From NCBI GenBank assembly GCA_034780895.1, contig JAUZTB010000127.1:17026790-17090387 (forward strand): DNA of 63,598 bases, given 5' to 3'. The notes under the pieces are model-generated. The model saw only the letters and a list, made by a program, of their open reading frames with translations. It was not told where the DNA came from and searched no databases. The stretch is from Rhynchobatus australiae. Its lineage: Eukaryota. This document shows, in pieces, positions 1 to 9,290 of this stretch. The number at the start of each line of letters is the position of its first letter. Within the stretch, counting starts at the first letter, position 1. A program made the position numbers and the translations under genes.

Positions 1-204
1 GAATCCAGTTTCATTTCTACAGCTGAATAGAAACAGTTGATTAAAAAAAGTTGCAGAAACAATGCAGTCTCAAACAAAACATGAATTTTCACACTGTTAG
101 TGGGATGTGGGGACCCATGTGGAGGTTCACAGAAACAAAGGATATTTGGTTGAAATAAGTGACAAAATCTAAAGTTTTCATGCAGACAAAATGTTCTCTG
201 TTAG

Positions 205-417
205 AGATGGATCATTTCTGAATTTGATCAATTGGTTATGAAGCAGTGTTCGAGCTGGATCATGGCTGGAAGTGATGTTCCAAATGCAAGAGAGTCTGAC
301 AAAGAAGAAGAAACTTCTTTGAGTTCAGATCCTAAATCAGACAGTCCAAAGGATGATTCTACATCAAAACTTAATGAGACCAAGACTTCAAAGAAGATAG
401 TTAGATTTGATTTTTAA
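205..417 (+). CDS. Candidate terminal coding exon of an unidentified upstream gene (70 aa)
   Basis: Acceptor-like ttctctgttAG ends at 204, then an open phase-0 frame RWIISEFDQLVMKQCSSWIMAGSDVPNARESDKEEETSLSSDPKSDSPKDDSTSKLNETKTSKKIVRFDF* (TAA 415-417). Composition is protein-like (helical start, acidic/Ser low-complexity tail) and not recognisably repeat-derived. No homolog recognised. Confidence 0.45.
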   Translation, partial: RWIISEFDQLVMKQCSSWIMAGSDVPNARESDKEEETSLSSDPKSDSPKDDSTSKLNETKTSKKIVRFDF

Positions 418-1293
418 CAAATTTATATATTGATAGGTTATATATCTCATTGTTGCTTTAAAAGGGGAGAGCAATTTTAAGCATATGCATATAATTGCTG
501 CTATATCCTAGGGTGTTTATATTGCAACCCTACTGGACAAGGGAGTCATGTGATAGGCCTGTTTAGTATAATGTAATATTTTCATTGACAGTTCAGAAGA
601 TTTGGTTTGCCAGTTTAAATTCTCAACACATAAATTATTTAAGCCTACTGTCTCGTATATAAACATTGCCTCTTTCGAATACCTCTTTGCTGTGCCTTTA
701 TACATTTGTGAAAGCATTAGAGGGAAGGCTTTTATCATATCATTGTGAATGTTGATCTACTTTATGTGCAACTTACAAAAACCTTGGCAGACTTAGAGGT
801 GGCAAGTAGTGAATGGCCACTGACTGAAAGTGGAGTAGTTCCTTTTCTTCAGGTATAATTCAAGATACACAAAACAATTCTGATCCAGAATTTAAGATTT
901 TGGGACTCAACAACCGGTGGACACAGCTATTGGCCTGATCACACGCAAACCAGCAAGCTGCAGAGGATAGTTGCGTAATCCAATGCCTGACATAGCGAAG
1001 CTGGGAGGAGCCCTGTTGGTGATGGGCTTAGTGGTTCCTTTATGGATTGCATGTGAGCCCATTCAGTTCAAACCAAATGTGGGAAAGGATCTTGAAACAG
1101 GCCTTAGGTCTCTGATTAGTGTGCTATTTATATTAGCATGCTGATATCACTGCAGAACCACTGGATCTTTACTTAAGCCACGCTGATATGATGNNNNNNN
1201 NNNNNNNNNNNNNNNNNNNNNNNNNNNNNNNNNNNNNNNNNNNNNNNNNNNNNNNNNNNNNNNNNNNNNNNNNNNNNNNNNNNNNNNNNNNNN

Positions 1294-1370
1294 ATAAGTA
1301 GTTATTAATAAAGTAGTTTTTAACACTTATACATGTCTCGGTGTGTTTCTGTTGTTGCTGGTACATAACA
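1294..1370 (+). mobile_element. 3' end of an LTR (Gypsy-like, probably solo LTR); 5' part lost in N gap
   Basis: AATAAA at 1307-1312, then about 60 bp ending in ...ggtacatAACA. A highly similar reverse-complement copy starts at 6190 (TGTTacgaaccagcaac...). Confidence 0.6.
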
Positions 1371-2839
1371 ATGTCCTTGTACGCTTTTCATTCTAAGGTT
1401 AAAGTATTATGGAAATTAAATGTGAATTAATTGTGGCAGTATTCTTTAATTATATCTGATGGTAATATCTGACTTAGTTTAAATGTGTTTGAATTTTAAA
1501 TTTGTAATAGCTGTCAATGGTAAAGTAATATTTTAATGCTAGTTTTAATGGAAAGAACACTAGTTTCCAGGACCAACCAAATACTATTGTACAATTATAA
1601 TTTAGTTCTACAGAGATTCCTTCCTTAATAATTATCAATGTTCCTGTCTAAATGAATCTTTAGTCTGGAGCAAGGATCTATCATTGTTTACTTCCAATGT
1701 ATGAACAAGATTTTTGCCCACACAATTTAGAATGTTTTTGTTTATCTGGACAAAAAGTACAATAATTATACAACTATAATTATTTGTAATTAGCAAACAG
1801 TTCATAAATTTTGATTGAAACTTGGGTCAGCCATACCAAAGTGGCTTAGATAAAGTTCTAGTGGTACCTCTGAGGCAATGTTACACATATCAACTGCTGT
1901 TTCCCAGCTGATTTAAGGCATTCACACTCTCACACTGCTGAAATTAGCTGCATACTTGAAGGAAAAACCTGCAAGAATGTGGGAAAGAATAGCAGAATGA
2001 GAATAATTGAATAGCTCTTTCAAAGAGCTGTCACAGATACAATGGGATGAAGAGTGTCCTGTGTTGTAAGATTCTATGGATCAGAAATGCTTCCTTCATT
2101 TTATAATTTAAACATGTATCACAAATACTGTGGCCACAAGAGCAGGTCAGAGAATAGGCATCCTGCAATGAGTGCTCCAAAGCCTTTTGGCCACCTACAA
2201 GACATTAATCAGGTGTGCAATGGAATATCCTCCATTTTCCCAAATGAGCACAGCTCCAAAAATACACAAAAAGCTCAAAACCATCCAGGATAAAGGGACC
2301 TACTTGATTCCAGGAACTTTCTCCTCATTAACATTATGAGAAGACCTTCACCTTGATTGCAGCAGCTCAAGGGTCACCATGAAGGCCAGTTAGGGATGAA
2401 TGCTGGCCTTGCCAGCATCTCATAAGATGAAGGAACTTAGGTCCACTGACTATATCAGTTGAGTAGTGCATGGAAGAAGAGCCTCTCATCCTTCTAACTT
2501 TAAAAAGTCAGCAGCTGAGCTGTAGCCTGCACATTGCAAAGAAGCAAATCATAGTAATAGAGTTAGCAAAGCTCAAATGCAATGGTACTTATTTGACAGT
2601 CCATAAAGTAGCTTTGTTTTATTATCCCAGATAAATCTATCAGTGTGAACTGGTCATTACAATACATGTAAATGAGGGCAACATCAAATTGTTGTCTCTG
2701 ATTCAAGAGCAATAAAATCCCACTCTTTAATGTTAACACCACTGCACTGACAAGAGATACATAACCAATGTATAACTTATGTAACCAGCATAATTAACAA
2801 TTAGTCTGGCTGAGGATCTGTTCTGATCACTTAAAGGAA

Positions 2840-2970
2840 ACACAAGAGATGCTGAAATCTGGAGCAGAAAACAAACTGCTGGAGGAATTCAGCAAGTTAG
2901 ATGGCAAATGTGGAGGCAAAGGGGGCAAACCTGAAATGGTGACCATCCCTTTACCTCCACAATGCTGACT
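2840..2970. mobile_element. Penelope-derived terminal fragments in inverted (foldback) arrangement
   Basis: gatgctgaaatctggagcagaaaacaaactgctggaggaattcagc resembles the reverse of the Penelope-type tail at 53340-53385. Inverted repeat tgtggaggcaaaggg (2909-2923) / ccctttacctccaca (2947-2961) matches 14/15. Confidence 0.5.
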
Positions 2971-4750
2971 GATTACATACAGCACCCCTGGGCCAAGTTC
3001 TTGTCTGCCAAAACTGTTATTCCACAGCCATCATTGAATGTAAAAATAACCATCATTTTCTCTTCTTCATTAGAGACTGTCATTTTAAACCTGTTCCCTC
3101 TGTCTTCTCCACCTAATTTCCAATAACAAATGTGAGGAGCTCATGAACATCTTTGATGTGACAGCAGGGATCATACAATCAGCTCCCTCCATTCCCTGTC
3201 CCATCAGGACCAGCCTCCCTCCAAGATCTACACCAGATTATTTCCTGTCCCCTTCCTGTTCCAGGCTCTCGCCTGTCCCAGCTTTGAACTTGTATCTTTC
3301 TCTAATCTTCAAGCTCAAGTTGTCAACCACACTCTTCTCTTCCTCCCTCAACCATATTCTCATTCCATTTCTAACTCCCATTAGCTGAATGGCTCTCTCC
3401 TCTCAAGTACTATGCCCTACTCCTTCAAATCTTACATCATCACATTTTCTAAAATACCTCACCCTCAACTCCTCAGACCTTGCAAACCATCACCCATTCC
3501 CCTAACCTCCTTTTGTCTTCAAAGATCTTTAATGTATTGTGGATCCCAAATTTATGATTGCCTTTCCATGTCACAATGGTGAGCAAAGAGCAAGCTCACA
3601 GAGAACCCAAATGCAGCACACTGGTACAAGACTGGAGTCAGGATACTTCCTCAGGANNNNNNNNNNNNNNNNNNNNNNNNNNNNNNNNNNNNNNNNNNNN
3701 NNNNNNNNNNNNNNNNNNNNNNNNNNNNNNNNNNNNNNNNNNNNNNNNNNNNNNNNNNNNNNNNNNNNNNNNNNNNNNNNNNNNNNNNNNNNNNNNNNNN
3801 NNNNNNNNNNNNNNNNNNNNNNNNNNNNNNNNNNNNNNNNNNNNNNNNNNNNNNNNNNNNNNNNNNNNNNNNNNNNNNNNNNNNNNNNNNNNNNNNNNNN
3901 NNNNNNNNNNNNNNNNNNNNNNNNNNNNNNNNNNNNNNNNNNNNNNNNNNNNNNNNNNNNNNNNNNNNNNNNNNNNNNNNNNNNNNNNNNNNNNNNNNNN
4001 NNNNNNNNNNNNNNNNNNNNNNNNNNNNNNNNNNNNNNNNNNNNNNNNNNNNNNNNNNNNNNNNNNNNNNNNNNNNNNNNNNNNNNNNNNNNNNNNNNNN
4101 NNNNNNNNNNNNNNNNNNNNNNNNNNNNNNNNNNNNNNNNNNNNNNNNNNNNNNNNNNNNGGTGGTGTTTGCGTCGAGTCTGCACATTCTCCTTTTTCAC
4201 CCAAGAGCACTGCTTGAACTCATCTGAATGAGTTCTTGAAGATTAGTAGACCGGAAGTCAATGGAGCTATTGGATTTTTATAACTGTTTTTTGCACCATG
4301 GACATGATGAGACAAATAGCCTCTTTTTGTGGCATAAATACCTTTATGCCTATATCACCCTTATCTGTGATTCCTTGACTTTGGCCTTTGTTCTTCTCTG
4401 CCTGTTTGCAGCCACTTACACAGTTCAGCAGCCAATTCTCCTCCAGAGATCCCTTACTGCCCTTCAGAAAGAGCTAATAAGCTGCCTTCTTGAAATGCTG
4501 CAGTCTTTCTAATAAAAATGCTCCACAATGTTGTTAAGTGGGGAGATCCTGCGATGATGAAGGAAGAGCAATTTATTTCTAAATCAAGATGATTTGAGAC
4601 TTGGAGGAGAACCCCCAGGTGGTGCTACTTTTCCTATATGCCTGGGTGGGGACTACTCCAGTCTAACCAGTCACAGTCAGTCACATCTACTTTTTTCATT
4701 TTTATTCATTGTTTTCTGTCTCTTTATTTTCCCCTCAAAGCTTTTTAGTC

Positions 4751-5694
4751 ATGGCAGGTGAGCTTAGACATGTGTTGTGTTCCTCCTGCTCAATGAGGAA
4801 ACTCGGGGAGGCTTCAGGTATCCCTGATGACTACACGTGCAGGAAGTGTATCCAGCAGTAGCTCCTGACAGACTGCAAGACAGCACTGGAGCTGTGCATG
4901 GATTCACTTTGGAGCATCTACAATGCTGAGAATGTTGTGGATAGCATGGTTAGTGAGTTGGTCACGCCGCAGTTTAAAGGCCCAGGGAAAGATAGGGAAT
5001 GGTGACCAACAGGCAGAGCAGTAACAGCAAGGTAGTGCAGGAGTTCCCTGTGGTCATTCTCTCTCCAAAACAGATATACCACTTTGGATACTGTTGGGGG
5101 AGATAGCTCATCAGGAAGGCAGCAGTAGTCAGGATCATGGCACCGTGAGTGGCTCTGCTGCACAGGAGGGCAGGAAAAAGAGTGGCAGAGTTCTAGTGGT
5201 AGGGGATTCCATGGTAAGGGGAGTAGACAGGAGCTTCTGTGGCCACAAACAAGACTCCCAGTTGCTGCGTTGCCTCCCAGGTGCAAGGTTCAGGGATGTC
5301 TTGGAGCGGCTGCAGGGCATTCGAGAAAGGGAGGGTGAACAGTCAGTTGTCGTGCTGCATGTAGGTACCAACAATATGGGGAAAAAAGCTGGATGAGGTC
5401 CTACAAGCTGAATTTAGGGAGCTAGGAGACAAATTAAAAAGTAGGACTTCAAAAGATAATAATCTCAAGATTAATACCTATGCCATGTACCAGTCAGAGC
5501 AAGAATAGCAGCATAGTTAAGATGAATATGTGGCTTGAGCAGTGGTGGAGGAGGGAGGGTTTCAGATTCCTGTGATATTGGAACTGGGGGAGGTGGGACC
5601 AGTACAAACGGGAGATGGTCTACATCTGGGCAGGACTGGGATCAATGTCCTAGGGGAGTTGTTTGCTAGTGCTGTTGGGGAGGGTTTAAACTAA
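4751..5694 (+). pseudogene. CR1 ORF1 remnant: N-terminal Cys zinc finger plus SGNH/GDSL esterase-like domain
   Basis: ATG 4751 MAGELRHVLCSSCSM...DDYTCRKCIQ, then VLVVGDSMVRG, CLPGA, VVVLHVGTNN, and C-terminal DGLHLGRTGINVLGELFASAVGEGLN* (TAA 5692-5694). Frameshifted. Confidence 0.88.
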
Positions 5695-8330
5695 TATTGG
5701 CAGGGAGATGGGAATCCAAGCAGGAAGACAGAGAGAAGCAAAGAAGAGACCAGAGCAAAAGTTAGAAAAGAAAAGTAAGAATGGAGTATAGAAAAGTCAA
5801 ACGCAAAGGACACAAAGGGTTGCAAGATTCTAAAGGGACAATGAGTGCAAGGGCACTTTATGTGAATGACCATAGTATTAGAAACAAGGTCGGTGAACTT
5901 GTGGCACAAATCAGTACAAAGGGGTATGATTTAGTGGCCATTACAGAAACATGGTTGCAGGGTGAAGATGAGTGGGAATTAAATATCCAAGGGTATCAGG
6001 TAATATGAAAGGATAGGCATGAAGGTAAGGGAGGTGGGCTAGCGCTCTTAAGGATGAAATCAGGGTGATAGTGAGAGATAATACAAGATCTCAGGAGCAA
6101 AATGAGTCCATCTGGGTAGAGATTAGGAACACTAAAAAGGGAAAAAAGAACTGGTTGGAGTTGTCTATAGGCCATCGAACAATAACATTTGTTACGAACC
6201 AGCAACAAAGGAAACGCACCGAGACATGCATAAGTGTTAAAAACTACTTTATTAATAACTGCTTATGATAATAAGAAAAATAAAAGTAAAACTGTTAGAA
6301 TGTTAGAAGTAAAAATGTTAAACCTTGAACATTAACCCCAAAAACTAGCTAAATTTGTCGTGTGTGTGTGGCAAATTCCCAAACTCCATGTCCAGGAATG
6401 GTTCTTAAAGTTCAGTTCAGCAAGCNNNNNNNNNNNNNNNNNNNNNNNNNNNNNNNNNNNNNNNNNNNNNNNNNNNNNNNNNNNNNNNNNNNNNNNNNNN
6501 NNNNNNNNNNNNNNNNNNNNNNNNNAAACTTTAAAAAGCAACAAAGAATCACTAAGCAAGTGATAAGGGAAGATAGATTATAAAAGTAAACTAGCAGAAA
6601 ATATAAAAACAGATAGTAAAAGTTTTTATAATTATATAAAATGGAAAAGGGTGGCTGAAGTGAACATAAGTCCCTTAGAAGATGAAAAGGGGAATTAATA
6701 TTGGGTATTGTGGAAATGGCAGAGGCCTTGAACAACTATTTTGTCTGTCTTCACAGTGGAGGACAAGCTTAATGTGCCAAATAGACACATTATGGATGTG
6801 ATGGGAGGTGAGGACTACTATATAATCGCTGTCATGAAAGAAGTAGTAATGAGCAAACTAGTGGGCCTATAGGTAGACAAGTCCCCTTTTCGTGACGGGA
6901 TGCATCTTAGGGTACTGAAAGAAATGGTGGAAGTTATAGTCGATGCACTTGTGATAATTTACCAAAAATCTCTGGATTCTGAGCAGGTCCTGGCAGATTG
7001 GAAGATGGCGAATGTCATGCCACTGTTTAAAAGGATGTTGGTAAAAGGTAAGTAACTATAGGCCAGTTAGCTTAGTGCCTGTAGTTGGGAAAATGCTTGA
7101 AGCTATCACCCATGAAGAAATAGTCAGACAGCTGGATAGAAGTGGTTCCATCAGGCAGACACAGCATGGATTCAGGAAGGGCAGATGCCGTTTGACAAAT
7201 TTATTGGAGTTCTTTGAGGATATAATCAGAACAGTGGATAGAGGGGAACAGGTGGATGTTGTATACATGGATTTCCAGAAGGTGTTCAATAAGGTGCCAC
7301 ATAGAAGACTTAACAGTAAGATAAGGATGCATGGAGTTGGGGTAGTGTATTAGCATGGATAGAGCATTGGTTCACCAATAGAAGGCAGAGTTGGGACAAA
7401 TAGGTGTTTCTCTGGTTGGCAATCAGTGGTGAGCGGGATGCCACAGGGGTTGGTGCTGGGCCCACAACTGTTCACGATATACATTAACGATTTGGAAGAG
7501 AGGACTGCGTATAGCATATCTAAGTTTGCTGATGACACTAAATTAAGTGAAAAGGCAAATTGTGCAGAGGATGTGGAGAGTCTGCAGAGAGATACAGATA
7601 GGTTAAGTGAGTAGGCAAGGGTCTTGCAGAGGGAGTACAATGTCGGTAAACGTGAGGTCATTCACTTTGGAAAGAAAAATAGAAGATCAGATTATTTAAA
7701 TGATGAAAATTTGCAGCATGCTGTTGTGCAGAGGAACTTGGGAGTGCAGTACTCCAGGTGCAATGGAAAATTGGCTTTCATTACCAGAGGGATTGAATTT
7801 AAGAGCAGGGAGGTTATGCTGCAGCTGTACAGCGTACAGGTGAGGCCGCGCCTGAAGTACTTCGTGCAGTTCTGGTCTCCTTATTGAGGAAGGATGTACT
7901 GGCTTTGGAGGCAGTGCAGAAGAGATTCACCAGGTTGATTTTGGAGATGAGGGGGTTAGCCTATGAGGAGAGATTGAGTTGCCTGGGACTATACTCACTG
8001 GAATTCAGAAGAATGAGANNNNNNNNNNNNNNNNNNNNNNNNNNNNNNNNNNNNNNNNNNNNNNNNNNNNNNNNNNNNNNNNNNNNNNNNNNNNNNNNNN
8101 NNNNNNNNNNNNNNNNNNGGGACTATACTCACTGGAATTCAGAAGAATGAGAGGGGATCTTATAGAAACGTGAAATTATGAAAGGGATAGATAAGATATA
8201 GAAAGGGATAGATCACTGGTAGCTGAAAATAGAACAAGGGGACATAGCCTCAGGATTTGGGGGGAATAGATTTAAGACTGAGATGAGGAGAAACTGCTTT
8301 TCCCAGAGTAGTGAATCTGTGGAATTCTCT
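5685..8330 (+). pseudogene. CR1 ORF2 remnant: APE endonuclease and reverse transcriptase
   Basis: EN motifs ALYVN..SIRNK, DLVAITETWL, ESIWVEI, VVYRP. RT motifs NYRPVSL, QHGFRKGRCRLTNLLEFF, VDVVYMDFQKVFNKVPH, SGMPQGLVLGPQLFTIYINDL, KFADDTKL, VQFWSP, YEERL..LGLYSLE.RRMRGDLIE. Confidence 0.92.
6190..6425 (-). mobile_element. LTR fragment (same family as 1294-1370) inserted into the CR1 endonuclease region
   Basis: Starts TGTTACG right after the CR1 codons for VVYRPSNNNI. About 75 bp match the reverse complement of 1294-1370, including TTTATT. Runs into the N gap 6426-6525. Confidence 0.6.
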
Positions 8331-8529
8331 GCCCAGGGAAAAAGGCATGTAGGTGGATCAGGGTCCACGGCCAGATCAGCCATGATCTTATTGAATGGCA
8401 GAGCAGGCTTAACGGGCCAGATGGCCTACTCCTCCTATTTCTTATGTTCCTATAAGCAAATGAACTTCCCCCAGAATTTAAGCCCTTGTTACAATCACTT
8501 TGCTATGTTGGGCAGGCCACACTTTTTTG

Positions 8530-8900
8530 GTGTCAGGCAAACACTTTATTCTAAGCTCTATCAGGAGGACACTCATAGATATGTTCACACCTGCCTTGAA
8601 AATTTACAATATCCCCATTGGCTCTGGGGATTTCCTTGCACATGACAGCTCAAAATGGAAAAGTAGAATTCCAGATGGCATTGAGGATCCCCAAGTCCAT
8701 GCATTGGGAGCTGACAAAAACCCAACCTAAATGATGGATCGAGCACACCACCTTACGATCTCCCCACCTGCCTGTTGCATCAGACACCTTCTGCCCCATC
8801 TGTGCAAGGGTCAGCATTTCTGACTTTGGCCTCATCAGTTACCTCAGAACTGGAGTGAAAGCAAGTCATCCTCGAACAGAGGGACTGCCTATGAAGATGG
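8530..8900 (+). mobile_element. RTE-clade LINE 3' fragment
   Basis: Remnants QTLYSKL, ALKIYNIP...LAHDSSKWK, CPICARV...GLISYLRT and tail gcaagtcatcctcgaacagagggactgcc; the same tail occurs reversed at ~19455-19490. Confidence 0.7.
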
Positions 8901-9149
8901 CCTCTGTGTTTTGTAGCTTTATCTCCTTCTGTTCCACAATTTCCCAAAAAATTTCCAGCTCCTCCATAGCTGGCCTCTTAAACATTTCAGATTATAATCA
9001 GATAAACTGTTTTTTCATTATTTGCCTTCATCATACTTGTTCCACTTACTCACTCTTTTTCTTTAAAATGCCTCCCTAAGGGTCCTCGTGCTCGTTATCA
9101 CCTGATCATGTAGTCTTTTGTCTTGCACCTCTCTTCTCACCCCAGTTCT

Positions 9150-9290
9150 GCTCTGAAAACTGTAAACCCTCCACTCTCCCCAGTTCTGAGGAAGGGCCAT
9201 TGACACAGAATCTTAACTGTTTTCTCTTTGTACAGATGATGCTTGACTGGCTGAGTTCTTCCAGCATTTCTGTTCTTGTTTCTGATTTTA
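9150..9290 (+). mobile_element. Penelope-like element terminal fragment with decayed hammerhead motif
   Basis: cagtt-CTGAGGA-aggg...gaat...aactg followed by tail gatgcttgactggctgagttcttccagcatttctg. Confidence 0.6.

Larger units (their letters stand above)
4650..8452 (+). mobile_element. Near full-length, decayed CR1-clade LINE (HER1-like) with ORF1 and ORF2
   Basis: ORF1 remnants (zinc finger, SGNH esterase), ORF2 remnants (APE endonuclease, RT) and a CR1-type 3' tail atggcctactcctcctatttcttatgttcctat ending ~8452. Many stops/frameshifts; interrupted by an LTR at 6190 and by two gaps. Confidence 0.93.

Noticed and set aside
3539-4231. Long ORFs (178-230 aa) in several frames
   Set aside because: They consist almost entirely of N-gap translation (X); the same holds for ORFs spanning gaps at ~6.4, 8.0, 16.4, 19.5, 26.5, 39.8, 48.9 and 55.0 kb.
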